NCBI GenBank assembly: GCA_035573955.1
Contig: DATLZO010000003.1
Coordinates: forward strand, 255 to 64,254
Origin: Minisyncoccota bacterium
Lineage (GTDB): Bacteria; Patescibacteriota; Minisyncoccia; UBA6257; GWB1-50-10
Length of the DNA: 64,000 nucleotides
Reading direction: 5' to 3'
The translations under genes were made by a program, and so were the position numbers. The notes beneath the pieces are model-generated. The model was not told where the DNA came from and did not search any database. It worked only from the letters and a program-made list of their open reading frames with translations. Below, piece after piece: positions 47,588-58,815 of this stretch (the first letter of the stretch is position 1; each line of letters begins with the position of its first letter).

Positions 47588-49315
47588 CTACTCCACCGTT
47601 GCTCTGATTCTCCGGATTCCGGCTGAAGACGCTTCTTCCTTCGTTATCTTGAATTTCCCTATCTCGCCGGTGCGAGTCACGTGCGGGCCGCCGCAGAATT
47701 CTTTGCTCCACGCATTTTCCAGAGATTTACCAATATAATAGACCTTCACCCGATCCGGATATTTGCCTTTGAAAAAGTGAAGCGCGCCGGTTTGCTCGGC
47801 TTCAGCTTTCGGCATTTCTTTAAAATTGACTGGTAAATCTTCCTTAATTTTTTGATTAACGATTTCCTCTACTTTTTTTATCTCTTCGGAAGTCATTTTT
47901 CGGGGAAAAGTGAAATCAAAACGTGTCCGCTCGGTCGTGATATCCGAACCGCGCTGTTCGACTTCCTTACCAAGCACCTCGCGGAGTGCCTGGTTTAATA
48001 AATGAGTAGCGGTGTGAAGTCGAGTCACTTTCTTCAATTCTTCTTCGTTCCCAGCTTTGAGCTCGCCGGTGTCCAAAATGAGACCGTGCCCGCCAAATTT
48101 CTTCTCCTGCCCAGCCCGGGAAATTTCCTGGTGTTTGGCAAATTCTTCATCAAAAGTTTCCCGAGTGAGATTTTTTGCCTTATCGCCGCCAAGTTCCTTT
48201 ATAATTTCGTAAGGCAGACCGTAACTTGAAAAAATAGCGAACGCGCTTTTCGCATCAAGTTTTTTTATTCTCTCCAGTTCTTTGAGACCTGTGGCAAGTG
48301 TTTTTTCAAACCGCGCCCGTTCGGCGTCCCACTCTTCAAAAATCAATTCTCCATTCAACTCGGGATAAAACTTCTCGTAATTCTCGTTCACTTCCGCAAA
48401 GAGGTGAAATGGCTCAATCGGATTACCCGTTAGATAAAGATGAGTTTGGAGACGGCGCATGAGTCGCCTCAAAATATACCCCGCCTCCTTGTTGGAAGGA
48501 CGAACACCGTCAGAAATAAGAAATGCAATGCCCCGCACATGGTCGGCGAGAATTCGTCGCGTCCGCAGAGAAAGATTTGAAGGAAGTATTCTCATAAGCG
48601 GCGTGAACAAGTCGGTGTCAAAAATCGTGGACACATTCTGCGAAACCATCGCCAGACGTTCCAAACCCATTCCTGTGTCTACGCCGAGCGTTCCAAGCGG
48701 CGTCAATTTCTTGCTTTTATCGCAGTAAAACTCGTTGAAAACGATGTTCCAAATTTCCACGCCGTTTACGTAGATTTCAGTGGTTGGGCCGCAAGGCCCC
48801 TCGCTCCCGGTCGGCCCCCAGAACACGTCGGTTCCCGCCGCACGAACATCCTTGACACCCAATTTCCCCCAAATGGCGCGCGATTCGTCGTCACGGGGAA
48901 CACCTTTGCGCCAATCGCCTGCCGGGACTTTCTGCGGGTCAAAGACGGTGACATAACCTATCCGTAAACCCATTATATCTTCGACGAACTCTTTAGCGTA
49001 CTCTATTGCCTTTTCCTTGAAGTAACCGCCAAAAGAGAAGTTCCCGAGCATCTCAAAAAAAGTGAGATGACTCTCGTCGCCGACCTCGTCGATATCGGAG
49101 GTACGGAAACATTTTTGGACAGAAGCAGTGCTCGTCGCGCCGAAATCTTTCTTCGCATCCAGTTCCCCGGTATAGTAGCGCTTGAACTGCTGCATTCCAG
49201 CAGTCGTGAGTAAGACTGACGGATCATCGGGCACGAGTGAAGACGACGGCACAATGGCGTGACCATTTTTCTTGAAAAACTGCAGGAATTTTTTCCTTAT
49301 TTCTTCGGAATTCAT
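47588..49315 (-). CDS. alaS: Alanine--tRNA ligase (compact)
   Basis: TTAGMQQFK, HLTFFEMLGNFS, HTATHLL, FCGGPHV. Confidence 0.95.
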   Translation of the reverse strand: MNSEEIRKKFLQFFKKNGHAIVPSSSLVPDDPSVLLTTAGMQQFKRYYTGELDAKKDFGATSTASVQKCFRTSDIDEVGDESHLTFFEMLGNFSFGGYFKEKAIEYAKEFVEDIMGLRIGYVTVFDPQKVPAGDWRKGVPRDDESRAIWGKLGVKDVRAAGTDVFWGPTGSEGPCGPTTEIYVNGVEIWNIVFNEFYCDKSKKLTPLGTLGVDTGMGLERLAMVSQNVSTIFDTDLFTPLMRILPSNLSLRTRRILADHVRGIAFLISDGVRPSNKEAGYILRRLMRRLQTHLYLTGNPIEPFHLFAEVNENYEKFYPELNGELIFEEWDAERARFEKTLATGLKELERIKKLDAKSAFAIFSSYGLPYEIIKELGGDKAKNLTRETFDEEFAKHQEISRAGQEKKFGGHGLILDTGELKAGNEEELKKVTRLHTATHLLNQALREVLGKEVEQRGSDITTERTRFDFTFPRKMTSEEIKKVEEIVNQKIKEDLPVNFKEMPKAEAEQTGALHFFKGKYPDRVKVYYIGKSLENAWSKEFCGGPHVTRTGEIGKFKITKEEASSAGIRRIRATVE

Positions 49316-49319
49316 TTTA

Positions 49320-50651
49320 TCAGTTGTCTTCGAGCGCCCGGAGTCTCGCCTCTATCTCCACCAGGATAACTTTGGCATCGCGAAGCTCTTCGAGCGCCTT
49401 CGCCTCGAGCACCTTGCTTTCCGCCCTGTCGAACAGCGCGAATATTTCGATATTGCTTTCTGGTGTGAGATTCATAGCTCTCGCCTTATTTTTCAATTCG
49501 TCGAACTGGAGCCGCAAATCTAGATTCTCGGAATAAAAACCATCTTCATTCCTTGAAAGCTGACCCAAACCGCTCTCTGCTTCGGCAAGCGAAGCCGTCG
49601 CCTGACCAAAAGCAGCGCCGTACTCCCCGTTATCGAAGAACTTCTTTGCCTGTTCCAGGTGAAAATCGGCATTCTCTGCAAGTTCCTCAATAGAACGGAT
49701 GGTCTTCCCGCCGGCCGAAGCGAGTGCATTTTTGAACCGCGCGAGCGCCGTCTCGGCGTTTGAAATTGTGTCCGAAACCGCCTCCCGATCAGCGATGGAG
49801 TTTTCCTCGGCGTTCAAAAATGCCCTTTGTCTCACGATGTTCAACTTGCTCCGCAGGTCCGGATCGCCGACCTTCTCTCTCACTTCGTCAAGTATTTTAA
49901 TCTCCTCCGGACTCTTTAATAAAAGTCCATCAAGAGCGGCTAGGAATTCGTCGTTGGATTCGGCCCGGAACCTACCTTCAAACCTCAATATTAAGTTATC
50001 CTTCAGAGCGCCGATGCGATTTTGCGCCTCCGGCGGCAGCCGCGACTGGATTCTATCCAGAACGTATACAGCATTAAACTCCTTAAGAGAGTGATCTTCG
50101 TAATCGGCCACTGCTGCTTCGAAAATCTTGGCAAACTCACCTACATCGCCGATTACCCGGATGAGCGCGAGTTCTGCCTCATCGAGGGATTTTCTCACTT
50201 CTTCTATTTCCTCGTCGTATTCGTCACTGTAACCGAGTATATCCTCGAACATCTCATTATGCGCAAGGACCTTGGCCGTGAATTCGGCGACTAGTTCTCC
50301 TTCGACTACCCGCTTCGCATCGAGCCCGTCTATCCTCGAAGCAAGTTTTCTCGCGTCTCGGCCGTACTTGCCGAGCGTTTTTAGAACGCCTTCCATTTTT
50401 CCTTTCTCCTTGAGCGCGGCGATCTCTTCGGCTCTTCTGCTAAGAATCTCCAAATCCAGTAGCGCCTTTGCTTCCTGATTAAAAGTGAAGAACCGCCTCA
50501 GGCCGCGACCGATTTCTTTGAAAATATAAAGTGGGTTTGTCGGCAGAACGAGCGGCGGCCGACCTTCGAGAATCGAACTCTCCTCATGGGCGGAAACGGT
50601 GGCGAAAAAAACTAAAACAACGGCGAGGCTGAGAATTAAGACTTTCTTCAT
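49320..50651 (-). CDS. Secreted helical protein (DUF5667-like)
   Basis: Signal peptide; LPTNPLYIFKE motif. Confidence 0.65.
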   Translation of the reverse strand: MKKVLILSLAVVLVFFATVSAHEESSILEGRPPLVLPTNPLYIFKEIGRGLRRFFTFNQEAKALLDLEILSRRAEEIAALKEKGKMEGVLKTLGKYGRDARKLASRIDGLDAKRVVEGELVAEFTAKVLAHNEMFEDILGYSDEYDEEIEEVRKSLDEAELALIRVIGDVGEFAKIFEAAVADYEDHSLKEFNAVYVLDRIQSRLPPEAQNRIGALKDNLILRFEGRFRAESNDEFLAALDGLLLKSPEEIKILDEVREKVGDPDLRSKLNIVRQRAFLNAEENSIADREAVSDTISNAETALARFKNALASAGGKTIRSIEELAENADFHLEQAKKFFDNGEYGAAFGQATASLAEAESGLGQLSRNEDGFYSENLDLRLQFDELKNKARAMNLTPESNIEIFALFDRAESKVLEAKALEELRDAKVILVEIEARLRALEDN

Positions 50652-50652
50652 A

Positions 50653-51852
50653 TCAATAGCCCTCGAGCTTCTTGGACTTGTGATGCTGTCTTATTTTCTC
50701 GAGCGCCTTCGATTCGATCTGACGTATGCGCTCGCGGGTCACGCCAAAAACCCTACCCACCTCCTCGAGAGTGTGTGTGATGTTATCGTCGAGCCCAAAA
50801 CGCATAGCAAGTATTTTCCGCTCGCGCTCGGTAAGGTCATCCAAAATCTCCCGGATCTGGTCCTTCAGAAGCGCCTGGCTAGCAAGTTGGTCGGGCGAAA
50901 GAGAGGTTTCGTCTTTGATAAAGTCCGAGAGTGTAGAATCTTCGTCGTCATCGCCGACCGGCGACTCGAGAGATATCACTTCCTGTGATATCTTCTGGAT
51001 ATAACGTATCTTTTCCACATCCATGTTCATCTCGGTCGCGATCTCCTCCGGCAGCGGCTCGCGACCCAACTCCTGCATCAACCGCCGTTTGGTCTGAGTG
51101 TACTTGGTAATGGTTTCCACCATATGCACCGGTATGCGGATGGTGCGCGAATAGTCAGCGAGTGCTCGCGTTATCGCCTGGCGGATCCACCAGGTGGCGT
51201 AAGTCGAGAATTTGAAACCCTTGCGGTAGTCGAACTTGTCGACAGCACGGGAGAGGCCGATATTACCCTCTTGGATGAGATCGAGAATAGAAAGATGCGG
51301 TGAACGATTCACGTATCGTTTGGCAAGCGACACCACGAGCCTGAGATTCGCCTGGATAAGTTTCTTCCGAGCCGCCTCGTCGCCCTTCTCGATGCGCCGG
51401 GCAAGTTCTTTCTCCTCTTTGGATGTAAGGAGAGCAGTCCGACCTATTTCCTTAAGATACATCTGGACAGCATCAGGTAGGTTTTGGTCAATACGCGTCG
51501 CGTCCGAAAGCTCTTTGGCGCTTATCTCGTCACCGGGGCCGGAAATGATCGAGCCGGATTCTTTCACTTTGATACCCTCCTTTTCAAGACGGTCGTAGAC
51601 TGTTTCGAGAAACCCGAGGTTCCTTTCGATCTTCGGGAAATAGTTCAGAACCTCGGCGTCCGTCACAAAGCCGCGGCTCCGACCGCGCCTCACAAGATCG
51701 CCGAGCGCCTCAATGTAGCTTTCATCTACCTTCGGGGGCTTCTTTTGGGATTTCGCTTTGCCCTTTGCGGCGGTCGTCTTCCGAACGCGATTCTTACGCT
51801 TCAATTGTCTGGCTCTCCGGCCCTTTTTAGTATTGTTTTTTCTTCTCTTCAT
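50653..51852 (-). CDS. rpoD: Primary sigma70 factor
   Basis: [32 protein letters not shown]. Confidence 0.95.
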   Translation of the reverse strand: MKRRKNNTKKGRRARQLKRKNRVRKTTAAKGKAKSQKKPPKVDESYIEALGDLVRRGRSRGFVTDAEVLNYFPKIERNLGFLETVYDRLEKEGIKVKESGSIISGPGDEISAKELSDATRIDQNLPDAVQMYLKEIGRTALLTSKEEKELARRIEKGDEAARKKLIQANLRLVVSLAKRYVNRSPHLSILDLIQEGNIGLSRAVDKFDYRKGFKFSTYATWWIRQAITRALADYSRTIRIPVHMVETITKYTQTKRRLMQELGREPLPEEIATEMNMDVEKIRYIQKISQEVISLESPVGDDDEDSTLSDFIKDETSLSPDQLASQALLKDQIREILDDLTERERKILAMRFGLDDNITHTLEEVGRVFGVTRERIRQIESKALEKIRQHHKSKKLEGY

Positions 51853-51861
51853 ATATTGGGG

Positions 51862-53553
51862 TTATTTAAGGACATTGAGCTTCCCGGCTAGAAGATTAAA
51901 TCTTACCATGCATTCCCTCAAGACCGCCTCGTCGCCTTTTGCTTGGGCCAAGCGGATTTCTTCCCGCAATTCCTCCATCTGCCGCTTTAAGGATTCTATC
52001 TGGAGCTGGCGCACCAGTTCGTTGAATTCCTCTTTCAGTACGTCCTTGTCCTTCATAGCGAACTCATAGCTAGAGCGCATTTCGACGAGCGCGGCATGCT
52101 CGTCGTTTGGATTCTCCAGTATCCGCCGCGAAGATTCCGGCAACCATTCTTTTAAATCATCCACGGTTTTCATAAGTAATGCATCACCAAAAGCAAGAGA
52201 AAGGAGGCGGTTCGCGACAAGATCGATTCGGGCAAGGGTGGCTTCGGGTGCTTTTCCGACCGAGAATGTCGTTTCCGGCTTGGCAACAGGATTGGGTAAA
52301 TTCTCCATTTCCGAGGCAAGGGCCGTCTCCGAAATACCTGATACCCGAGAGAGTTCCTTAAGCCAGGCCGACTGTTCGATGTGACTCTTTATCCTCCTCA
52401 CCTTCTGTAGAAGGTCTCTCACCAACCTTTTCCGATGAGCAATGTCCTTTGGTGCATTCTCAAAATGGCGTTCGAATACATATACAAAGGCAGGCTTGGC
52501 CGATTCTAGGGAAAGTTTGAGGAAGTCCGGTTCGGCAAGACAAGCGTCTGCCGGATCCTTGTACTTACCTAAATGGATGGCTTTAACATGGAAGTCGTAG
52601 TCGTTGAAAACATCGAGAGAGCGCTCGAGAGCTTTTAAGCCTGCGTCGTCACTGTCGAAACTAAGGTACACAGTATCGGCAAGGCGCCGCAAACGCTCCA
52701 AGTGCTCCCTGGTGAGACCGGTTCCGGAAAGAGCGGCAATATTGTTGATTCCGGTCTGCCAGGCCAAAAGAAAATCCATCTGTCCCTCCACTAAGAAAAC
52801 AGATCTTGTCTTCGCGATTTCGTTCTTAGACTTGTCGAGACCAAAAAGAATCTTCGATTTGTTGAATATTGGCGTCTCGGGCGAGTTGAGGTACTTCGGC
52901 CAGTCCGGCCTCGTCGCCACATCGAGGAGCCGCCCAGTGAAAGCGATTGTTTTACCTAAATGATTAGCGATCGGAAAAACTATCCGGCCTTCAAAACGGT
53001 CGCGCAAAAGCCCGCTCACTCCTTTGTGAGCGAGGCCTGCGCGCTGGACATCGGCAACATCAAAGCCTTTTTTGATGAGATGGACCGTGAGCGCGTCGCC
53101 ACCCGGCGCAAAACCGATCCCGAATTCGCCAATAGTTTCTTCTTTCAGACCGCGTTCCTTGAGATAAGCACGCGCCTTATCGTTCTTCAGAAGATTTTCT
53201 CTGTAAAAATCCCTAGCTGCATCGTGGAGATCATAAAGAACACCAAATTGTTTCTCCTGAAGAAGATCAACCGTCCTCATCGGCACGCCGGCTTTCTCTG
53301 CGAGGAATCGGAGTGCCTCCGGGAACTCCAGATTCTCGTAACGCATGACAAACCCGATGATGTCACCGCCGAGACCGCAGCCAAAACAGTGCCACATCTT
53401 TCTTTCCGGCGAGATTATGAATGACGGCGTTTTTTCACCGTGAAACGGGCAAAGCGCCTTGAAGTTCTTCCCGGCAGGCGAGATTTTGAGGTAAGAACGG
53501 AGGAATTCAACCAAGTCCAACCTTTCTTTGATTAGGTCGGTTTCGCGGGCCAT
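51862..53553 (-). CDS. dnaG: DNA primase
   Basis: CPFH..KTPS..CFGC zinc finger, KYLNSPET, EGQMD, FDSDDAG. Confidence 0.96.
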   Translation of the reverse strand: MARETDLIKERLDLVEFLRSYLKISPAGKNFKALCPFHGEKTPSFIISPERKMWHCFGCGLGGDIIGFVMRYENLEFPEALRFLAEKAGVPMRTVDLLQEKQFGVLYDLHDAARDFYRENLLKNDKARAYLKERGLKEETIGEFGIGFAPGGDALTVHLIKKGFDVADVQRAGLAHKGVSGLLRDRFEGRIVFPIANHLGKTIAFTGRLLDVATRPDWPKYLNSPETPIFNKSKILFGLDKSKNEIAKTRSVFLVEGQMDFLLAWQTGINNIAALSGTGLTREHLERLRRLADTVYLSFDSDDAGLKALERSLDVFNDYDFHVKAIHLGKYKDPADACLAEPDFLKLSLESAKPAFVYVFERHFENAPKDIAHRKRLVRDLLQKVRRIKSHIEQSAWLKELSRVSGISETALASEMENLPNPVAKPETTFSVGKAPEATLARIDLVANRLLSLAFGDALLMKTVDDLKEWLPESSRRILENPNDEHAALVEMRSSYEFAMKDKDVLKEEFNELVRQLQIESLKRQMEELREEIRLAQAKGDEAVLRECMVRFNLLAGKLNVLK

Positions 53554-53758
53554 TAATAGGAAGTCTACTCCAATTTGCCCCTTAAAATCAAACACGAGGG
53601 TTAAAATTAATGAGACTGCAAATACCCCCGAGTGAACCCAGAAAACTCACCGGGCTAATCGGAAGCAGAACGATAAAGGTGGCAACTCTACTTATATGGG
53701 CGAGATTTGGAAACCCAAAGCCCGGTGCGCAGTAAACGACAATGCATCCGTAGCAAAA

Positions 53759-54241
53759 TTACTCCACGATGATCTTACCGAAATTATTCGGGTTCAGGTG
53801 ATCGTGATAGTTCCAGCTGCCAACCTCGCCGAAAACGAATGACCATTGTTCGCCGGTTGGAATTCCCCGGCAGGCGTCGAAAATATTGGGCTCCTCGGCC
53901 GTGCCGCATTTTTCGATATCTGAACCGGGGTAAACCTTGTGTGTCGGGTGCATCGCGGAGGCCGGCCAGAAAGGATTTTGACTCTCGTTTACGAACGTGA
54001 CAGTTTCCCCTGCCTTAACTGACAACGGATTCGGTGAGAAGCCGGCATCGGTGTACGTAATGACGTTCTTCGCCCCGCCCTCGACGATCATCTCTGGAAC
54101 TCCTTCCGAACCGGGCACCGGTACTTCCGAAACCGGCGCGACCGGCGTCTCGTTGTCACTGCCCCCACCACTGCCGTAGAGATATACCGCAATGACCGCG
54201 GCGACCGCTATTAAAACAGCTATTAATATTTTGTTCTTCAT
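53759..54241 (-). CDS. Membrane-anchored cupredoxin/plastocyanin-like protein
   Basis: GFSP..LSVKAGETVTFVN, W.YHDH. Confidence 0.75.
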   Translation of the reverse strand: MKNKILIAVLIAVAAVIAVYLYGSGGGSDNETPVAPVSEVPVPGSEGVPEMIVEGGAKNVITYTDAGFSPNPLSVKAGETVTFVNESQNPFWPASAMHPTHKVYPGSDIEKCGTAEEPNIFDACRGIPTGEQWSFVFGEVGSWNYHDHLNPNNFGKIIVE

Positions 54242-54254
54242 GGTTCTTCCTAAA

Positions 54255-54296
54255 AACTACCCCGTGGGACAATTGGAGTCATCTCACGGGGTAGTT
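54255..54296 (-). terminator. Terminator-like hairpin after the basic microprotein
   Basis: AACTACCCCGTG...CACGGGGTAGTT. Confidence 0.6.
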
Positions 54297-54310
54297 ATAT
54301 TCGAGCGAGT

Positions 54311-54385
54311 TTACAGTCTCCTTCTCTTGGCGGCCCTCTTCTTGCGAGGGGCAGCCTTTTTTGTCGCTCTCCTTCTCTTTACCAT
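54311..54385 (-). CDS. 24-aa Lys/Arg/Ala-rich microprotein
   Basis: MVKRRRATKKAAPRKKRAAKRRRL*; upstream TATAAT and downstream hairpin. Confidence 0.6.
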   Translation of the reverse strand: MVKRRRATKKAAPRKKRAAKRRRL

Positions 54386-54689
54386 TTCTTGCTTAAGGAA
54401 AAACTTTTCTTAAAGAGTTTTTCTTTTTTGACAGTCGACCAAGCTGCCAAATTTTCTATATGTTCATTATATAACTTTCGATTTACACTTTCTGAAAAAA
54501 TCTGTGGATAACTCCAATAACACGGCCGGAAATTTTTCGTCGAGCGAAACTGTCCACGTGCAAGAAAATGGAAAGTACAAACGGATAACGGACTTGTTAA
54601 CGAAAATTTTTTCGCGCGAAGAAAAAAATCGGCGTGAAAAGACGAAAATAGCCTGTAAAAAGCCGTTTTAGAGGAAAAGTCAGGTTTTG

Positions 54690-54774
54690 CGGAGGGGGAG
54701 GGATTCGAACCCTCGATGCCTTTCGACATACGCGCTCTCCAAGCGCGCGCACTAGACCGCTATGCGACCCCTCC
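54690..54774 (-). tRNA. tRNA-Ser (GGA)
   Basis: Cloverleaf with long variable arm, CGCGC-TTGGAGA-GCGCG; CCA not encoded. Confidence 0.93.
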
Positions 54775-54791
54775 TACGACTCATGAGAATT

Positions 54792-55202
54792 CTACTTGTA
54801 TATCTTCTTTATATCAACCGGCTCTGCGCCCCTCTTCTTGGTGCGCTTCACCCATGCATCGTAGCCAAGGATGATCGAGATGATAACAAGAAGGAAAAAT
54901 ATCACGAGGACCGGAATGCTGAATGGCTTGCCGGCGACAAGGAAAAAATAGGAAGCGACAAGGAAACCTGCGACATCAATCACCACGTCTGTGACGCGGT
55001 TCGTGAAATGCTCCTCTATCTGGAGCGCCACTTCGAAAAGCTCGTAACCGACAAAGAGAAGAAAAGCGATCACTGCGGCTGGCAAGAATGGAACTTTCAG
55101 AATAAGAAGAAGTGCGCCGACGAGAACGCCGCTCAAAAAATGGTTGACTGACCAGAGATCGACATATTTCCCTTCCGCCCAAAGATCCCAACCCTTTCTC
55201 AT
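54792..55202 (-). CDS. Small membrane protein
   Basis: DLWSVNHFLSG..YELFE..E...N...D pattern with 4 TM segments. Confidence 0.7.
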   Translation of the reverse strand: MRKGWDLWAEGKYVDLWSVNHFLSGVLVGALLLILKVPFLPAAVIAFLLFVGYELFEVALQIEEHFTNRVTDVVIDVAGFLVASYFFLVAGKPFSIPVLVIFFLLVIISIILGYDAWVKRTKKRGAEPVDIKKIYK

Positions 55203-55209
55203 TTTTTTA

Positions 55210-56097
55210 TCACCATCTGCTTGATGCTCCGCCGCCGCCGGAATGTCCACCGCCGAAACCTCCCCAACCGCTCCTGCCCCCGATGCCGCGGCCGCCGCCG
55301 ATCCACCACGGATAATGACCAGTTGATTTTCCGCGCTCATAGGCGCGCGAGACTAAGAAATCAAAGAAAAGGCCAAGAGGGACAAGAATTATGAAAGAAA
55401 TGATGCCGGTATACAGAAACCCGAAAAAGAAACCGATTATTAAACCGCCTATTCCCCCCAAGACGCCGCCTAACCACCACGACCTGGAACGACCGAGCAC
55501 ACTTGCGAGCCATATCGGCACGACAAGAACGAGCCAGAAAATTTCCGAAAAGTCAAAATTCGCGATACCGGTTTCTTTCGGGGAGATGCTCGGGATTTTC
55601 TCACCGGCGCCTATCGCACCGATAATTTTCCTCACTGCGCCCTCAATGCCGAGATAATAATTGCCGTCCCGGAAAGCCGGCACGACTACATTCTGTTCTA
55701 TCCAATAAGCCTGGGCATCGGTCAAAACCCCCTCTAAACCGTAACCTACCTCTATTCTCATCACCCGGTCATCGATCGCGACAAGAAAAAGAACGCCGTT
55801 GTCTTTGTTTTTCTGGCCTATTCCCCAATCTGCAAAAAGCTCGTTCGCGTAGTTCTCGACGGTGTCGCCGCCTAGTGATTTTACCGTGACAACGGCAATT
55901 TCAGCACCTGTCGCAGCTTTAAGGTCGGTTATTTCCTTCTCGAGCGCGCTCCGCTCCGCCTCGCCGAGGACACCCGCAAAATCGTTGACAAAACCTCGGG
56001 GTTCGCCGGGACTAGAGTAAGCGAGTGTAAGGACGGGTAGGAGAACCGCGGCGCAAAGGAACCATCCGAAAACTCTAGAACTGGACCTGGGGCGCAT
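55210..56097 (-). CDS. TPM-domain (YgcG-like) protein
   Basis: VNDFAGVL, DNGVLFLVA, RIEVGYGLEG, Gly-rich tail. Confidence 0.9.
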   Translation of the reverse strand: MRPRSSSRVFGWFLCAAVLLPVLTLAYSSPGEPRGFVNDFAGVLGEAERSALEKEITDLKAATGAEIAVVTVKSLGGDTVENYANELFADWGIGQKNKDNGVLFLVAIDDRVMRIEVGYGLEGVLTDAQAYWIEQNVVVPAFRDGNYYLGIEGAVRKIIGAIGAGEKIPSISPKETGIANFDFSEIFWLVLVVPIWLASVLGRSRSWWLGGVLGGIGGLIIGFFFGFLYTGIISFIILVPLGLFFDFLVSRAYERGKSTGHYPWWIGGGRGIGGRSGWGGFGGGHSGGGGASSRW

Positions 56098-56629
56098 TTT
56101 CCGCACCTGACGCAGCTTCAAAGTAAGTTTGTTCGGAAAATCCGAAAATGCCGGCAATGATATTGGTCGGGAAACGCTTCACAGCGATGTTCAGGTCGCG
56201 GACGCCGTCGTTGTATCTCTTTCTTTCAACGCTAACTCGATTTTCGGTGCCCTCGAGCTGAATCATCAACGTTTGGACATTTTCGGCAGACTTCAATTGC
56301 GGGTAGTTTTCAACGACGACAAGAAGGCGGCTTAAGGCGCTCTCCACTTCTGTCGCAGCCGAGGCCTTTGCGCTCACGCTCGCCGCGCCGCTATATTTAG
56401 CCCTCGCTTCGGCAAGAGCGTTGAACACGGCCCGTTCTTGGTCGAAGATACCTTTAACCGACTCCACCAGATTGGGAATGAGATCAAACCGCCGCTGGTA
56501 TTGCGTTTCAACCTGTGCCCAAAGATTCACAACCGCTTCGTTCTTGTTCACCAAGCTGTTGTAGGCACCCCAAACATATACGCTCAAAACGACGACAATT
56601 GCAATCAAAACCCAAAGATATTTTTTCAT
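56075..56629 (-). CDS. lemA: LemA family protein
   Basis: QRRFDLIPNL, ENYPQLK, TENR. Confidence 0.93.
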   Translation of the reverse strand: MKKYLWVLIAIVVVLSVYVWGAYNSLVNKNEAVVNLWAQVETQYQRRFDLIPNLVESVKGIFDQERAVFNALAEARAKYSGAASVSAKASAATEVESALSRLLVVVENYPQLKSAENVQTLMIQLEGTENRVSVERKRYNDGVRDLNIAVKRFPTNIIAGIFGFSEQTYFEAASGAENAPQVQF

Positions 56630-56659
56630 GCACTTATTATAACAAAAACGCCGGCCCCG

Positions 56660-57076
56660 TTAAAAGACCAACGCTTCAACATCTCGGTTGATGCCGAAAC
56701 TCTTCGCTTCGGACTTAGAAGGATACCAAACATCGAACCACTCACAACTGTAACGGGGATGTTTCCGATCCTCTACGACAAAGATCTTGTCACCGAATAT
56801 CTCCGGTATCCTCACCTCCGTCCCAAAAGGTAAGCAATTGTTGGCGATAACACCGTCCCGGGTAATTGTACCGGAAGCGGTGACGAATGGCGTATCATCG
56901 GTCTCATCTGGACTTGAAGAATAGGCTGTGAGAATGATTTTGACCGATTCCGGGGCGGGCTCCACATCATCCGTGGGAATTCTATCCTCGGCAACGGCTA
57001 TAGGTAAAAAACCCAAGGCGAGAACGAGCCTTACGGAAACCAGCGCAGCTGTAATTGCTACATTCATATCTTCCAA
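56660..57076 (-). CDS. 3D-domain protein
   Basis: TAYSS, TASG, LPFGT, VEDR, DVW. Confidence 0.8.
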   Translation of the reverse strand: MEDMNVAITAALVSVRLVLALGFLPIAVAEDRIPTDDVEPAPESVKIILTAYSSSPDETDDTPFVTASGTITRDGVIANNCLPFGTEVRIPEIFGDKIFVVEDRKHPRYSCEWFDVWYPSKSEAKSFGINRDVEALVF

Positions 57077-57186
57077 AAAAAATAGCCCTTCTTCTTAAGG
57101 CTACGAGGCAATGGTAACCGACGGGCAGGGAAAAGTCAAGAAAAGCTGTTAAAAACCCTCATTTAATGAGGGTTTTTACGTATTTT

Positions 57187-58803
57187 TCAGTATTCCATGC
57201 CGCCGCCGGTCGAAGGACTATTTTCCTTCTTAGGGATATCGGTTATCGCCACTCCCACCGTAAGGTAGTTCGCCGCGACCGAAACGGCGTTCAAAAAAGC
57301 GGTTTTGGTAACCTTCAAGGGATCGATGATACCTGCTTCTTTAAGGTTCGTTATTTTGTTCTCCAGGGCATTGAACCCGGTCCAGATGTCCCTTTCAGCA
57401 CGAAGCTTTTTCAGTATTTCGTCGGCCGCAATACCGCTGTTCTCAATTATCGCCCGGAGCGGCGCTTCCCGGGCTTTGTCTATGATAAGCCTGGCCGCCC
57501 CGCGAACCGAGGAATCGTCGCCGGTTTCATCAGGCGAAGCGTGGAAAAGCGCCATCCCGCCGCCCGGAACGATGCCTTCTTCCATCGCCGCCCGCGTCGC
57601 ATGAACAGCGTCTTCAACACGTTGCTTCAGTTCTTTTTGGGCGGATTCGGTAGGCGCCCCGACTTTAATGACTGCAACGCCCCCCGCAAGCTTGCCTAGC
57701 CGTTCCTGAAGCTTTTCTTTGTCGAAATCGGAATCGGATTTCTCGATCTGCGACTTGAGCTGCCGAATGCGCTCATCAATCGCTGATTTCTCGCCGGCAC
57801 CGCCCACTATGGTCGTCGAATCCTTGTCAGAGACAACCCGGCGGGCACGACCGAGAACAGATATGTCAGAAGTCTCGAGCTTCCGGCCAAGATCCTTCGA
57901 AACGAGCGTTGCTCCGGTCACAATAGCAATATCCTCGAGCATTTCCTTTTTCCGGTCACCGAAACCAGGAGCTTTGACCGCGAGAACATTGAACGTACCG
58001 CGAATTTTATTCAATATCAGGGTGGCAAGTGCTTCACCTTCCACATCGTCGGCGATCACAAGAAGCTCTTTTTTGCCGCTTTTCACCACTTTTTCCAAAA
58101 AGGGAAGGAGATCGCTTATCGCCGAAATTTTCTCGTCGGTCACGAGAACGCAAGGTTCCTCGAGAACAGCTTCCATCTTTTCGGCATTAGTCACCATGTA
58201 AGCCGAGACGTAACCGCGATCGAACTGCATGCCTTCCACCATCTCATAGGAGTTGCCTATCGCGTTCGAATCCTCGACCGTCACCACACCGTCTTTACCT
58301 ATCTTTCCCATCACTTCGGCAATGAGCCGGCCGATCTCTTTGTCCTTGGCGGAAAGAGAGGCCACTTCCTCGATCTTTTTCGTGTCGTTGATGAGCTCTC
58401 GCTCGGCCTCGAGCTTTCTGACGACGGCCTGACTAGCATATTTCAGCTCTTCGCCAAGTTGTATAACGTTGAAACCCTTCTCGCGGATGATGCGCTCGCC
58501 TTCATTTATCATCGCGTGGGCCAAAACCACAGCGGTTGTTGTTCCATCGCCCACATTGTCGTTCGTCTTTTCGGCCGCCTGCTTGATAAAATCCGCTCCG
58601 AGGTTTTCGTACTTCTCTTCGAGCTCTATTTCTTTTGCAACCGTCACGCCGTCGAAGGTAACTTGAGGCGCACCGTAGCCCTTTTCAATGACTACCGCCC
58701 GGCCCCTCGGACCCAACGTCATCCTCACCGCCTCTGCGAGCTTGTCAATTCCCTTTTTGAGCGCTGTCCGCGCTTCTTCATTAAAAAGAATCTTTTTTGC
58801 CAT
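57187..58803 (-). CDS. groL: Chaperonin GroEL
   Basis: [20 protein letters not shown]. Confidence 0.97.
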   Translation of the reverse strand: MAKKILFNEEARTALKKGIDKLAEAVRMTLGPRGRAVVIEKGYGAPQVTFDGVTVAKEIELEEKYENLGADFIKQAAEKTNDNVGDGTTTAVVLAHAMINEGERIIREKGFNVIQLGEELKYASQAVVRKLEAERELINDTKKIEEVASLSAKDKEIGRLIAEVMGKIGKDGVVTVEDSNAIGNSYEMVEGMQFDRGYVSAYMVTNAEKMEAVLEEPCVLVTDEKISAISDLLPFLEKVVKSGKKELLVIADDVEGEALATLILNKIRGTFNVLAVKAPGFGDRKKEMLEDIAIVTGATLVSKDLGRKLETSDISVLGRARRVVSDKDSTTIVGGAGEKSAIDERIRQLKSQIEKSDSDFDKEKLQERLGKLAGGVAVIKVGAPTESAQKELKQRVEDAVHATRAAMEEGIVPGGGMALFHASPDETGDDSSVRGAARLIIDKAREAPLRAIIENSGIAADEILKKLRAERDIWTGFNALENKITNLKEAGIIDPLKVTKTAFLNAVSVAANYLTVGVAITDIPKKENSPSTGGGMEY

Positions 58804-58815
58804 AGTTTTGAGACG

